64,000 nucleotides of DNA from an uncultured delta proteobacterium (GTDB lineage: Bacteria; Desulfobacterota; Binatia; UBA9968), in assembly GCA_963737905.1 (NCBI GenBank), contig CAVTUQ010000025.1, positions 298,653 through 362,652 of the forward strand. Direction: 5' to 3'. The stretch's first letter is position 1, and each line of letters opens with the position of its first letter. Positions 30,485-42,766 of this stretch are shown here, piece by piece. Both the position numbers and the translations under genes were made by a program. The notes below the pieces were generated by a model that saw only the letters and a list, made by a program, of their open reading frames with translations, searched no databases and was not told the origin of the DNA.

Positions 30485-32159
30485 TCAATTCGTAACGGCT
30501 CCCTGAGACGCCGAAGAAACAAGTTTGGCATATTTTGCCATGACTCCGGTGGTATACCGAGGAGCGGGAGGTGACCATTGGCGCAGCCGCGCATTCATCT
30601 CCTCTCCGGAGATCACAACGTCGAGCCGCCTCGCCTCGATATCAAAAACAATCGTATCGCCGTCACGAACCAGTGCGATGGGGCCACCATGGGCCGCCTC
30701 AGGCGCGACATGACCGGCCATGAGACCATGGGTCGCTCCGGAGAACCGGCCATCGGTAAGGAGCGCAACGGAATCACCCAGACCGGCGCCCACAAGAGCA
30801 GCGGTCACACCGAGCATCTCGCGCATTCCAGGCCCGCCTTTCGGACCTTCATAGCGAATCACAACGACGTCGTTAGGTTTAATTTGTCCTTTTTGCACCG
30901 CCTGGAAGGCGTCTTCCTCGCGATCGAAGACACGCGCCGGACCTTTGTGAATCATTCTTTCATGCCCCGCAACTTTAACCACGCAACCTTCCGGCGCCAG
31001 ATTGCCTTTGAGAATCACTAGGCCTCCGGTGGGCTTCAGCGGGTTCGACAGTGGGCGCACGACTTCTTGCCCGGCAGTTTCCCGCACCGATTGCAATGCT
31101 TCGGCGAGGGTACGACCGTCCACGGTCAGCGCATCGCCGTGAATCAAACCGCCATCAAGTAAGCGCTTGGCGACGAGTTGGATGCTGCCTGCTTTGTAGA
31201 GATCGCTGGCGACAAATCGACCACCCGGCTTGAGGTCGGCGATCAAGGGAGTACGATTGCTAATGGAATCAAAGTCGTCAATGGTCAAATCGACGCCGGC
31301 CTCACGCGCGATGGCAAGCAAATGCAGCACGGCATTCGTCGAACCGCCGGTGGCAGCCACCGAGGCAATAGCATTCTCGATGGATTTGCGCGTGATGATC
31401 CGAGACGGCCGCAAGTCACGGCGCAATAGATCAACGACGAGCTTCCCTGCATTGAAAGCGGCCTCGTCTTTTTCCCCAACCGTCGCCGGAATCCCATTGC
31501 TCCCCATCGGGCGAGATACCCAGAAATTCCATGACCGTAGACATGGTATTGGCCGTGAACTGCCCGCCGCAGGCGCCCGCACCCGGGCACGCCGTATTTT
31601 CGACGGCTTTGAATTGATCCGCGTCGATCCTGCCGCTTCCATACGCCCCCACCGCCTCAAAAACGTCTTGAATCGTCAGGTCACGGTCTCCGAGATGCCC
31701 TGGGGCGATGGAACCGCCGTAGAGCGCGAGTCCGGGAATATCGAGGCGAGCGAGCGCCATAACGACACCGGGATTCGTTTTGTCACAGCCCGAAAGGCAG
31801 ATCAACGCGTCGAAGTGATTGCCCCGAGCCACCAGCTCGATGGAATCCGCAATCACTTCGCGACTGACGAGCGAGCACTTCATCCCCTCCGCGCCCATGC
31901 TGATTCCATCGGAGATCGATACCGTGTTGAATTCCATGGGCGTTCCGCCCGCGGCTCGGATGCCCTCCTTGACTTTGGCCGCTAGGCGGCGGAGATGGAA
32001 ATTACACGGACCGATTTCGATCCAGGTGTTCGCCACGCCGACGATAGGTCGCGACAAATCTTCGTCCGAAAAACCAACGGCCTTCAACATCGCCCGCGAC
32101 GGCGCCCGATCGGGTCCATCGGTGATCACGCGACTTCGAGGTTTTAAATTTTCAGCCAT
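30485..32159 (-). CDS. ilvD: Dihydroxy-acid dehydratase, apparent frameshift near 31510
   Basis: [21 protein letters not shown], then in another frame [23 protein letters not shown]. Confidence 0.93.
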
Positions 32160-32452
32160 AAAATGCTCCTTATCAGTAGCACAGAGGATTAATTAACAAT
32201 GGCGGTCCTGCTTTTGCAAGCAGCATTCAAATGAGTGAATTTACATTTACGGTTCCTACGTAATGAACGGCACAGCCATCGCCGGACCGATTGGCCCCAT
32301 TTTGCTTGACAGCGGTGATGCTGATCGATAGGTTTCACACAAAGCTTCACAGCGCCAGAACTTGGAATGACGATAGACGTTTATTGTGCTCTAAGCCGAA
32401 TTAGAGTCTCGGGATTACGCCTATCGTGATCCCTTAAAACAAGGAGGGGCAG

Positions 32453-33337
32453 ATGGCAACAGCGAAGGAACCGAAACTGATGCGCCGTACGTGCGGCACA
32501 ATGGGCGCACACATGTTCATGCTCGAACGGTATCCGGCGTTCCGCGCAAGACAACAGCGACTGGAAGGCGAAACCGCCCGCCGTCGCGCGCTGGGATTCG
32601 TGGCAGCGGAGCTCAAGCTCGCCAAGATCAAGGTGGTCGTCAACGTCGTCTACAACGACGCGACACAAAACGTCTCCGACGCCCAAATCAACAGCCAGAT
32701 CAAAGCGCTCAATCTCGATTTTCGGGCGAAAAACTCCGACAAGAAAAAGACACCCGCCGTATGGAACGGACTCGTCGCCGACTCGCAAGTCGAATTTGAG
32801 CTTTACAAAGTCACGCGCACGCAAACCACGCAGTCGTCCTTCGGAGCCGATGACGATGTCAAGCGCGCTTCGACGGGCGGCATAGCTCCGCTCAATCCGA
32901 GCCGCTACCTCAATCTTTGGGTGTGCCCGCTGGGAGGCGGGCTACTGGGTTATGCGCAGTTTCCCGGCGGGCCAAAGACAACCGATGGTGTCGTGATTAA
33001 CTATCGCGCATTCGGAACCGTGGGCACGGCCCAATCGCCGTTTAACAAAGGACGAACTGCCACCCATGAGATCGGGCACTACTTCAACCTGCGCCACATT
33101 TGGGGCGATACTGAGGATTGCAGCGGGAGCGACATGGTCGCCGACACTCCCAACTGTGCCGGTCCCAACTATGGAAAACCAACGTTTCCCAAAGTCTCCT
33201 GCAACAATGGTCCCAGTGGCGACATGTTTGTGAATTACATGGACTATGTGGACGACGCCGCCATGTTCATGTTTACGCCGCAACAGATGGCACGCATGCG
33301 CGCCACTCTCGATGGCCCGAGACGCTCGCTATGGTAG
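32453..33337 (+). CDS. M43 (ulilysin/pappalysin-like) zinc metalloprotease
   Basis: RTCG propeptide; HEIGHYFNLRH zinc motif; NYMDY Met-turn. Confidence 0.9.
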   Translation: MATAKEPKLMRRTCGTMGAHMFMLERYPAFRARQQRLEGETARRRALGFVAAELKLAKIKVVVNVVYNDATQNVSDAQINSQIKALNLDFRAKNSDKKKTPAVWNGLVADSQVEFELYKVTRTQTTQSSFGADDDVKRASTGGIAPLNPSRYLNLWVCPLGGGLLGYAQFPGGPKTTDGVVINYRAFGTVGTAQSPFNKGRTATHEIGHYFNLRHIWGDTEDCSGSDMVADTPNCAGPNYGKPTFPKVSCNNGPSGDMFVNYMDYVDDAAMFMFTPQQMARMRATLDGPRRSLW

Positions 33338-33365
33338 GCGCGCTATCCGGGCAACGATGTAAAAT

Positions 33366-33695
33366 ATGGCTCAGAAAAAACTAAGCCCGGAGTTGTTTCG
33401 GCATCGTTGGATTCACTCCTTCGAGGAGGATAGCGACCAGGCTCAAGTTTACCGGCCTCAATCCTGGGACTTTCCCTTGTCGCGCCGTCCGCGCGAAGCT
33501 TTTGAATTGCGCGCGGACGGCACGGCTCAGCTCTTTTTACCCGGCGCGGAAGACCGGCCGGAAGCGGCAGATGCATCATGGACCGAAGAAGAAGGTGAGC
33601 TGATCATACGCTCGGCAAAAAAGGCAACCCGCGGCGCGTTCAACTTACGTATTGTCGAGTCCGCAGCCGACAAGCTCGTTGCACGTCGCTCCTAG
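33366..33695 (+). CDS. Hypothetical beta-rich protein downstream of the protease
   Basis: WIHSFEED...VYRP...FPLSRR..FEL..DG. Confidence 0.7.
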   Translation: MAQKKLSPELFRHRWIHSFEEDSDQAQVYRPQSWDFPLSRRPREAFELRADGTAQLFLPGAEDRPEAADASWTEEEGELIIRSAKKATRGAFNLRIVESAADKLVARRS

Positions 33696-33912
33696 CGATT
33701 CAGTTTCCAATTTCCAAATCTTCTGCCACTCACCGAGACTCACAAGCAATAAGAATTGACCGGTTTATTGTCTTGAATTTCTGCAGTCTGGGCAAACTAT
33801 TGAAATTCAGACTATAATTGGTAATGAGTACAGGTCGGCGGGGAGCCATGCATCATTCCATCCTTTCTCATACATGCCACGTGAAGAGTTTCTAAATGTA
33901 ACCGGAGAATGA

Positions 33913-34911
33913 ATGAATAGAGCAACTATAACTTTCCTGGGGGGCTTCGTCACACTTGCGTTACTGCTCGTCTGCCCCGTTTCCGTTCGCTCCGCTGATC
34001 CAATGATTGTGGGCGTTGCCGGACCGGCAATCAACATGGTGTATTCCTTTGTGGCTAGAGATGCGGGGCTTTTTCAGAAGTATGGTCTCGATGCCCGCAT
34101 CGTCGTGTTTGACGCCGGCTCTATCTTGGCCCAGGCCGCGCTCTCGGGCGAGGTCAAAGTTTCCGTATCGTCGGGACCCGCCACCATTGCTTCTCGCACC
34201 CAAGGGGCAGACACAATTATCATTGCGGCTTGCGTCAATACGCTCCCCTATAGCCTGGTCACTGCCAAAGGAATAACCAAGTGGGATCAGCTCAAAGGAA
34301 AGAAAATCGCCATCAGTCGCTTCGGTTCGGGAACGGACACGGCGATCCGCTTGGTGCTAAAGCAATTTGGGCTCGATCCAGTCAAAGATGTCATCATCGT
34401 TCAGCTCGGCACCCAGCCAAGCCGCGTGCAGGCTTTGGCGGCCGGGGCCATCGATGCTACCATCATCTCGCCGCCATTGGATATAACCGCGAAAAAACAG
34501 GGCTATCAGATTCTCGTGAACATCGCGGAACTTAAGATTCCCTACCCGCAACAAGTGATTGAAATGACGGACCGTTTCATCCGGGAGAACCCGCACATGG
34601 CCAAGACCATCCTGAAAGGGTTTATCGAGGGTGTCCGCTATGCAACGACGCATAAAGAAGAAACAAAGAAGATAATAACCAAATACTTAAAGACCGCCGA
34701 TCCTGAAATCCTCGAAGCGACTTATCAGAGCTTTGTCCAGGTCACCGATGAAAACTGCTATCCGAATCTGGAGGGCATCCGCAATGCTATGGACGAAGTG
34801 GCGCAGCGCGTCCCTGGGGTCAAGAGCAAAAAGCCCCAGGACTTCGTCAACACGCGCTTTCTAACAGATCTCGAGAAGGAAGGTTTTTTTAAACAGATAA
34901 CAGAAAAATGA
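33913..34911 (+). CDS. NMT1/SsuA-like ABC substrate-binding protein
   Basis: Signal peptide; GLFQKYGLD, LKGKKIAISRFGSGT. Confidence 0.9.
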   Translation: MNRATITFLGGFVTLALLLVCPVSVRSADPMIVGVAGPAINMVYSFVARDAGLFQKYGLDARIVVFDAGSILAQAALSGEVKVSVSSGPATIASRTQGADTIIIAACVNTLPYSLVTAKGITKWDQLKGKKIAISRFGSGTDTAIRLVLKQFGLDPVKDVIIVQLGTQPSRVQALAAGAIDATIISPPLDITAKKQGYQILVNIAELKIPYPQQVIEMTDRFIRENPHMAKTILKGFIEGVRYATTHKEETKKIITKYLKTADPEILEATYQSFVQVTDENCYPNLEGIRNAMDEVAQRVPGVKSKKPQDFVNTRFLTDLEKEGFFKQITEK

Positions 34912-35012
34912 CCAATAGAGCCGCGCAAACACAAGCTCCGGCTCTGCCTTAAATCTAAGAAAATTCTCGACCTTCTCTTTCCGACCCGCCGTCCTTGAGA
35001 AAGGTGATAAGC

Positions 35013-35888
35013 ATGCAAACCCTTCCGTTCAAGCAAGTCGATGTCTTCACGCAGAAGCCGTTCTTCGGCAATCCGGTGGCGGTCGTTATCGGTGCGGAAA
35101 GGTTGGCAACGGAAGAAATGCAGCGCATCGCGGCATGGACCAATCTATCGGAAACGACTTTTGTGCTCCCGCCGTCGTCCGAGCGGGCAGACTATCGCTT
35201 GCGCATTTTTACGCCGAAGCAAGAGCTGCCGTTCGCGGGCCATCCGACCGTAGGCAGCGCCCATGCTGTGATGGAATGTGGTTCTGCCACGCCACGAGGG
35301 GGGAAACTTCGTCAGGAGTGCCCTGCGGGCTTGATCGAACTAACGGTGGAGGACACGGAGATCGGCAAACGCATTCTAGTTCAAGCGCCGGAGGCAAAGA
35401 TAAACCCGCTCACCGATAACAACAATCGGCTGCTCACTTCGGGGTTGGGTGCGGCTTGTGATTCGAGCGATCCCCCTTTGCGAGTGGATGTTGGCGTCGT
35501 GTGGCTGGTCGCGAACCTGGGCGATGCGGGCGTCGTGGCGACACTCAAACCGGTCCTCGACACACTCTTGAATGTATGCGCTGAAACTCAAGCGGCCGGC
35601 GTGACGGTTTTCGGTCGGGCGAATGATGGCCATTTCGCGCTCCATGTCCGTTCCTTCGCTCCCGCACTCGGGGTGGCGGAAGATCCGGTCTGCGGCAGCG
35701 GCAATGCAAGCGTGGCGGCGTTTCTGCTTCATACTGGGAAATCAAATGACTTCGGTTCCAAATACGTCGCCCGCCAGGGCATGCAAGTGGGCCGCGACGG
35801 CCATGTCGCCGTACGCATCGACGGAATGTCGATCCAGATCGGCGGTTACGCGGTCACCTGCGTCGATGGGAGCCTGCGTGTGAAGTGA
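35013..35888 (+). CDS. PhzF-family epimerase/isomerase
   Basis: VDVF...GNPVAV, LSETTF, ELPFAGHPT, EDPVCGSGN. Confidence 0.93.
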   Translation: MQTLPFKQVDVFTQKPFFGNPVAVVIGAERLATEEMQRIAAWTNLSETTFVLPPSSERADYRLRIFTPKQELPFAGHPTVGSAHAVMECGSATPRGGKLRQECPAGLIELTVEDTEIGKRILVQAPEAKINPLTDNNNRLLTSGLGAACDSSDPPLRVDVGVVWLVANLGDAGVVATLKPVLDTLLNVCAETQAAGVTVFGRANDGHFALHVRSFAPALGVAEDPVCGSGNASVAAFLLHTGKSNDFGSKYVARQGMQVGRDGHVAVRIDGMSIQIGGYAVTCVDGSLRVK

Positions 35889-35941
35889 CAGCCGGTGGCG
35901 GCAACGAGGAGTCAGACATTGCCAAAATCGACGCCATCCCG

Positions 35942-37956
35942 TCAGTTGTCCGCGCCTACGACCGCTCTTGGCGCTCGAGCGCGAGGGGAGCGGGCCAGCC
36001 ACTCCAACGCCACAAGTAAAATAGCTAACGCGAGTCCGATACCATTCGTGGCCCAGGTTAGCGCCGCAAAGTCGCCGCTGTGCATCGGTATCAGCAAACC
36101 GGCTGCGGCAAGGACAAAAAGAATCCGTTTAATGACACCCACCGGGACGAAACAGATAGCCCACCAAGCCAACACTGAGCAGGACGGCGCCGACGACGGC
36201 GGTCGTAACTGAAAGCAACACGATGTACCAATGCCCGATCAGTAACAGCGAAGGAGAAAAGACAAACAAAAAGGGGACGACATAGGCAATGGCGCAAAGC
36301 CGCATCCCCTCCCAGCCGGTTTTTATCGGATCCGTCTTGCCGATGGATGCCGCAGCGTAGCTGGCGATACAAACCGGCGGCGTGATCATGCTCAGCATAC
36401 CGAAGTAAAAGATGAATAAATGTGCTGCGATCGGAAGAATACCCAACTTCGGAAAGGCCCGGCGCCACTAGAACCGCGAGCAAAACGTAAACCGCCGTGG
36501 TGGGCATGCCCATGCCGAGAATCATACTCACGATAGCCGTTAAGATTAGAAGCAGAGGAGCGCTGCTCTGCCCAAGGTTGAGAAGGGTCAAGGTCAGGCT
36601 GAAGCCCAGACCCGTCAGTTGAAGAATGCCGATGACGACACCGGCCAAGCCGGTGATAGCGGCTATCTCCAGCATGCTACGGCCCATACTGATTAAGATC
36701 TTGAAGATTTCGCGCGGACCGACGCGAATTCCCGGTGTGAGTAAACCTACGACGAGGCCGGCCAAGGTGGCCGTGAGTCCCGCTTCTTCCGGTCGCCAAT
36801 TGAGGAAGAACATCAAAACGATCAGCACAATTAACGGAACTACAAAGCCCGCGCAGTGCCGCATTACCTTGAGCAGGTGAGGCAACTCCGCGCGCGGCAG
36901 GCCGTGAATACCATTGCGCGCCGCCAACAAGTCGACCTGAATAAAAAGCGTTACATAGTAAAGAATCGCGGGCACCAGTGCTGCCAGCGCCACTTGTGCA
37001 TAGGGGATGCCGAGATACTCGGCGATCAAAAAGGCCGCGGCGCCCATAACCGGCGGCATGATCTGTCCGCCCGTCGAGGCGACAGCCTCTACGGCGGCAG
37101 CCTGCGGAGGAGGATAGCCCGCTTTTTTCATCATCGGTATAGTGAAGGCGCCGTCAACCACCACGTTGGCCACTGCACTGCCGCTGATATTGCCAAACAA
37201 GCTGGAAGAGACGATGGCGATCTTGGCCGGGCCGCCGCGAAACCGGCCCATGACGGCCTGAGCAAAATCGCTCAGGAATGCGGCACCGCCGATCGCGTTC
37301 AGAACCTCGCCGAAGAGGATAAAGACCAAGACTATGCTCGACCCTACTTGCAGGGGCAGACCGAAGATTCCATTGGCATCGAGATACAGGTAGGTAGCAA
37401 GACGGCTCACCGACCAGCCACGACCGTAAAAATCTCCGGGAAAAAGGTAGGCGAAGAAAGCGTAGAAAACGAAAACAGCAGCAATGATGACGAGGGGCAA
37501 GCCCACGAGCCGCCGGGTGGCCTCGGCCAACAACAAGATCGTAACAGTACCTAAAACGACTCTTTCCTGGGTGATCTCACCCAAGGTGTTTACGAGCGCG
37601 GGATATTCAATGAAAACATAGAGTCCCACTCCAAGACCTGCGGTCGCGGCAACTAAATCATACCACGGTACCCGGTCAGGCTCGGCGGCCGCTCTTACGG
37701 GTATCAGGAGAAACGTCGCGAAGAGTGCCAGCGCCAAGAACAGCCCCATATACTGTTCATTGAAGGCCAACCAACCGATTCTCTGGGGCACATCGAGTAG
37801 AAAAAAGATCCCCACCACCGGAATCGCGATGAGGGCACCGTTTGCTGCCCAGGCGAGAGGGCCGTGCAGTTGCTCGAGAACGGGCACTTTCCTCGATTTC
37901 CACCTTATCGACCTTTGAAGAATTCGGAGCCGAAGCCATTGCGCCGGCTCCGGCAA
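35942..37956 (-). CDS. TAXI-TRAP fused 4TM/12TM permease, apparent frameshifts near 36450 and 36140
   Basis: GGPAKIAIVSS, SGSAVANV, ASTGGQIMPPVMGAAAF, GMGMPTTAVY, ITPPVC across three consecutive ORFs. Confidence 0.88.
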
Positions 37957-37972
37957 AACGCGCTCCTGAATT

Positions 37973-39019
37973 TTAACTACAGATTTCTTTTAAACGCGCT
38001 TCTTGTTTGGCCGTCCATACGCCGACTTCCTTGTAGAACTTAATGGCTCCGGGATGGTACGGCACGGTGAAGTTAGTGAGCGCCTGATGTTCTTTCGTCC
38101 ACTTTTTGAAAAGCGGATGTAGTGTCTGGAGTTCCGCGAGATTATCCCACCATGTTTTCACCATCGTATAGACGGTTTTTTCGCTGACTTTGGTGGAGCT
38201 GACGAGTTGGAGAGGATAACCAATTACATGGGTTTCACCCTTGACACCCGTGGTCGGGTCTGACTTTACAATCGCGGCGCCATAGCGAGCTAGAACATTG
38301 TTGGCCGCGTCTGTACTTGGGAGATTAATGAACCGTATCGGCTCCATCGCATTGACCTCCTCCACCAGACCGATACCGAGCGCCGAGATCGACGAATCGA
38401 CCTTTCCCTCTGCCACCGCGCGCACGCCATCGTTCAAATTGGAAACGCGCACCTGAACCACATCCGTGCCCTTCAAGCCGCCGGTCTCCAACATGGCATC
38501 TTGCCACGTCTGATTGATCGCATGGCCGCCGAAATCCCAGGCCATCCGCTTGCCCTTGAGATCCGAAACCTGCTTGATTTCCGACTTGTCACGAACCAAG
38601 AGTCCTGCGGTGAAGGGGAAGACACCGCCCTGGACAACGCGGATACTCTGATAAGCTTTTTTATAATTGCCTGTCCCCGTCGCCGCCATATAGGAGTCCA
38701 AGATATTGATGATGCCGAACTCCAGCTCGCCGTTATCCAACAAGGTCATCCAGGCATTGGGGCCATTGTAGGGTTGAACCTTGCCCGATACCGGGGTCGT
38801 CTTGCTCGCCACCGCTGCCAGTCCCGACCCTAGAGCATGAGCGCCGGTGCCGGCGGGATTGGTCCCGATGGCGATAGTGCGCGGGAGGTTATCGCTTTTA
38901 TTGGTCACCGGGCCGCAATCGAGCTTGGCTGCTGCTGCAAATCCGGGGAGCTGCCCTTGAACGGTCAGCAAGCCGACGACCGCGACCATAGCCAGAACTT
39001 TCTTAAATCTACGGATCAT
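37973..39019 (-). CDS. TAXI-family TRAP solute-binding protein
   Basis: Signal peptide; DLKGKR; VPYHPGAIKFYKE.G. Confidence 0.9.
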   Translation of the reverse strand: MIRRFKKVLAMVAVVGLLTVQGQLPGFAAAAKLDCGPVTNKSDNLPRTIAIGTNPAGTGAHALGSGLAAVASKTTPVSGKVQPYNGPNAWMTLLDNGELEFGIINILDSYMAATGTGNYKKAYQSIRVVQGGVFPFTAGLLVRDKSEIKQVSDLKGKRMAWDFGGHAINQTWQDAMLETGGLKGTDVVQVRVSNLNDGVRAVAEGKVDSSISALGIGLVEEVNAMEPIRFINLPSTDAANNVLARYGAAIVKSDPTTGVKGETHVIGYPLQLVSSTKVSEKTVYTMVKTWWDNLAELQTLHPLFKKWTKEHQALTNFTVPYHPGAIKFYKEVGVWTAKQEARLKEICS

Positions 39020-39420
39020 ATTTCGCCCTCCTGAGTTGATTGATTCTCCTTCTTCCGAGTCACGTTGCTCTTCCTTGTTTAGACCCGAAATCCGGACCAC
39101 GCGCCGCTATCTATCCCTTTTCTCCCCCGGAGTTGTCAAGACTTTTAGGCAACACTTCCGCTTTGCTTGCAAAGTAGCTGAAGCCGGTATTCACCACGTG
39201 GGTGATGCAACCGGCGATCACAAGCCACCATTTTCGTTCCATCAGATGAAATCTCCAAACTCGTTGCTTAGCGCTGAGCGTTGAGAAAATCCGTGCAGAT
39301 TAACCGAAATTTAGCGCGTAAGGAAGGCATTTACTCCATCTCTAAGTCTAGTAGACTGGGATTGATCTCAACGAAACTCCCGGATTTTCACGCCACAGCC
39401 AAGATTAGGAGACGCGACAC

Positions 39421-41157
39421 GTGCCTCATGACGTTCCTCTGATCACCACGATAGCTGCCGCTTTGGGACTCGCGTTGATTATGGGCTTTATCGCCGCGCG
39501 CCTTAGGCTGCCGGCTCTGGTCGGCTATCTCATCGCCGGCATCATCATTGGCCCCGCCACACCGGGGTTTGTCGCCGACATCGAGCTTTCGAACCAGCTC
39601 GCCGAAATCGGCGTGATGCTTTTAATGTTCGGCGTCGGCCTGCACTTCTCTCTCGACGACCTCTTGGCGGTGCGCCGGATTGCCTTACCCGGCGCCATCG
39701 TTCAGATTGCCGTCGCCACTATGCTTGGCATGGCTGTCACCGCTCTTTGGGGGTGGAGCCTCGCAGCCGGCATCGTCTTCGGTCTCGCGCTTTCCGTAGC
39801 GAGCACGGTGGTGCTCCTAAGGGCGCTGGAAAGTCGGGGCGTTCTCGAATCTGTTAACGGGCGCATCGCGGTGGGCTGGCTCGTGGTGGAGGATCTCGTG
39901 ATGGTCCTCGTGCTGGTATTGCTGCCGCCGTTTTCATTATGGCTCGGTGGCGACTCAGGGATTCACGCTAAAGGAACAGGAGATCAAAGTTTACTGGCAA
40001 CGCTCGTCCTTACCGTCGGTCGAGTCTCGGTCTTTATTGCGCTCATGCTCGTTATCGGCCGGCGGCTTTTCCCATGGCTGCTCTGGCAGATCGCCCGCAC
40101 CGGCTCGCGGGAACTTTTTACTCTGTGCGTCATTGCGGCCGCGGTGGGCATCGCTTACGCCTCCGCCGAGCTTTTCGGCGTTTCCTTCGCTCTAGGCGCT
40201 TTTTTCGCCGGCATGGTGATGCGGGAATCTCCGCTAAGCTATCGGGCTGCTGAAGAATCTCTGCCGCTGCGGGATGCGTTTTCCGTTCTGTTCTTTGTAT
40301 CTGTGGGTATGCTGTTCGATCCCCACGTTCTGATTAGCGAGCCGGCCCATGTAATCGTCGTCCTGGCGATTATCGTACTCGGCAAGTCGCTGGCTGCTTT
40401 CCTCCTCGTCCTTTTGTTCCGCTACCCGCTCAACACAGCGCTCACGGTATCGGCCAGCCTGGCGCAAATCGGCGAGTTTTCTTTCATCCTGGCCAATTTG
40501 GGGGCTTCCCTGGGGCTGATGCCAACGGAAGGTCAAAGCCTCATTCTGGCCGGGGCAATCATATCGATCGCGCTCAATCCGCTGGTTTTTCGCGCCATCG
40601 AGCCTGCACAAGCCTGGATTCGAGCCCGCTCGAAACTTGCAGAAACCTTGGAACGACCGGACGATCCTCTCGCGGTTCTGCCGATGACCGTCGAACTGAA
40701 TCGCCTCACCGGCCACGTCGTGTTGGTAGGTTATGGCCGCGTCGGCCGGCGCATCGGGGAAGCACTGGCTGGCAACGGCATATCCTTTGTCGTGGCCGAG
40801 GAGAATCGTGAGATCGTCGAGAAATTGCGCGAGAGCGGCATACCCGCCGTTTCCGGCGACGCCTCTGAACCAACGGTCTTGATTCAGGCACATGTCCATC
40901 GTGCACGTATGCTGGTGATCGCCACGCCGGATACGCTGGATGTGCGGCGCATGATCGAAATTGCGCGCACGGTCAACCCGCGCATCGAGACCGTGGTGCG
41001 TACCCACAGCGAGGAAGAGGCGGTGCTTCTCGAAAAAGAAAATGCCGGCAAAGTTTTCCTGGGTGAACAGGAGCTGGCGCTCAGTATGATCCGACACGTG
41101 CTCGACTTCTACGCCGCCGGAGTTGACGGCGTCACTACCGACGCCGGCAACCCCTAA
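39421..41157 (+). CDS. ybaL: YbaL/RosB-like Kef-family CPA2 antiporter
   Basis: MPHDVPLITTIA..., LMFGVGLHFS, LPLRDAF, GYGRVG RCK domain. Confidence 0.88.
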   Translation: MPHDVPLITTIAAALGLALIMGFIAARLRLPALVGYLIAGIIIGPATPGFVADIELSNQLAEIGVMLLMFGVGLHFSLDDLLAVRRIALPGAIVQIAVATMLGMAVTALWGWSLAAGIVFGLALSVASTVVLLRALESRGVLESVNGRIAVGWLVVEDLVMVLVLVLLPPFSLWLGGDSGIHAKGTGDQSLLATLVLTVGRVSVFIALMLVIGRRLFPWLLWQIARTGSRELFTLCVIAAAVGIAYASAELFGVSFALGAFFAGMVMRESPLSYRAAEESLPLRDAFSVLFFVSVGMLFDPHVLISEPAHVIVVLAIIVLGKSLAAFLLVLLFRYPLNTALTVSASLAQIGEFSFILANLGASLGLMPTEGQSLILAGAIISIALNPLVFRAIEPAQAWIRARSKLAETLERPDDPLAVLPMTVELNRLTGHVVLVGYGRVGRRIGEALAGNGISFVVAEENREIVEKLRESGIPAVSGDASEPTVLIQAHVHRARMLVIATPDTLDVRRMIEIARTVNPRIETVVRTHSEEEAVLLEKENAGKVFLGEQELALSMIRHVLDFYAAGVDGVTTDAGNP

Positions 41158-41330
41158 ATTTCTATGCGAAACTTTGAGAGCAGGCGAGTATAGGACAGCT
41201 AACCAAAATCGTAGCCGCGATGGGTGTTCTCATTGACACCGTTCCACAGAAAGCATAAGTTTTTCAGCGATGTAGACCCGCCGCACGCGTAATGTTGCCG
41301 GTGCGGGTTCTTGCAACGAATGAACTTCCA

Positions 41331-42653
41331 ATGTCACGTCATGCTTTATTCGCTTTGTTTTTCTTTGTGATCCTTATGGCGGCCACTCGACCTGATGCAT
41401 CGTCCTATGCGCAGTCTTCCGAAGACGCGCTGATAAAAAAAGCTCGGGCGATCCACGAAAAAGTGATCACCATCGACACTCACATCGATTTCCTCCCGGT
41501 GGATCTCGTCGGGGAGCGCAATTACACGGAGCGGCTCGATACGCAGTTCAACCTGCCCAATATGATCGACGGCGGCCTGGACGCACTCTTCTTCAGCATT
41601 TATGTCCGCCAGACGAGAGAAGCGCAGAGTCCGGATGCGTTCAAACCCGCGGGCTACGAGCGCTCCTACAAGCTCGCCGTCGAAAAATTTGACGCGGTCC
41701 ATCGTTTTACTCGCGAGATCGCACCAGACAAGATCGAGCTGGCCCTCAATGCCGCCGACGTGCGCCGGATCAACACGCAAGGAAAGAAAGTCGCTCTGAT
41801 AGGCGTCGAGAACGGCTATCCCATCGGCGAAGACATCTCTCGGGTTAAGGAATTCTACGATCGCGGTGCGCGTTACCTATCGCTCACCCACAACGGTCAC
41901 AATCAGCTCGCCGACTCGCAAACCGGCGAGCACGACGGCTGGAAATGGAACGGGCTCTCGCCTCTCGGCAAACAAGTCATCGCCGAGATGAATCGGCTCG
42001 GCATAATGGTCGATGTTGCGCACGCGTCCAAGGAGTCGATGATGCAAGCCGCGGCGCTGTCCAAAGCACCCATCATCGCCTCTCACTCGGCCCCCCGCGC
42101 GCTCTGCGACGTAAGCCGCAACATGGACGACGAGCAGCTTAAGGCGCTCAAGAAAACCGGAGGCGTCATTCAGGTCTTCGCCTATAGCAGTTCGGTCAAG
42201 ACAACGAGACCTGATTCTTCCGACCGCGCGGCGGCTCTGGTTGCTTTGAGAAAGGAGTTCGGCCTACCTGAACAAACGGGTCCGAGTCAACGGGCGCGCT
42301 TCCAAGCCGCGTTGAAGCGCCTTTCTGCCGATCACCGCGCAGAGTACGACAAGAAGCACGGCGAGGTCGACAAGCAGCACCCGGGTGATTCGCCCGCCAC
42401 GATCAAGGACTTCGTCGACCATATTGATTATACCGTGAAGCTCATCGGCATCGACCACGTAGGCATCTCCTCCGACTTCGACGGCGGCGGCGGCGTTATC
42501 GGCTGGAACGACGCCAGCGAAACCTTCAACGTGACTCTGGAGCTTGTCCGCCGCGGCTACACCGAACAGCAAATAGAAAAACTCTGGGGCGGCAACCTGC
42601 TGCGGGTTATGAACGAAGTGCAGCGGGTCGCGACGGAGCTGCAAAAAAATTGA
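41331..42653 (+). CDS. Membrane dipeptidase (M19)
   Basis: IDTHID, GVENG, LTHNGHN, ASHS, SDFDGGG. Confidence 0.92.
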   Translation: MSRHALFALFFFVILMAATRPDASSYAQSSEDALIKKARAIHEKVITIDTHIDFLPVDLVGERNYTERLDTQFNLPNMIDGGLDALFFSIYVRQTREAQSPDAFKPAGYERSYKLAVEKFDAVHRFTREIAPDKIELALNAADVRRINTQGKKVALIGVENGYPIGEDISRVKEFYDRGARYLSLTHNGHNQLADSQTGEHDGWKWNGLSPLGKQVIAEMNRLGIMVDVAHASKESMMQAAALSKAPIIASHSAPRALCDVSRNMDDEQLKALKKTGGVIQVFAYSSSVKTTRPDSSDRAAALVALRKEFGLPEQTGPSQRARFQAALKRLSADHRAEYDKKHGEVDKQHPGDSPATIKDFVDHIDYTVKLIGIDHVGISSDFDGGGGVIGWNDASETFNVTLELVRRGYTEQQIEKLWGGNLLRVMNEVQRVATELQKN

Positions 42654-42766
42654 ACAGCAGGATACTGGGGCCGACCGAAACCGCAGCCTTCCGCCGCAGC
42701 AACTCATAGGCCTACAAAGGTTACGCCCGTATTCGAAAGGCCGTCATCAGACAAACGAAGTCGTGT

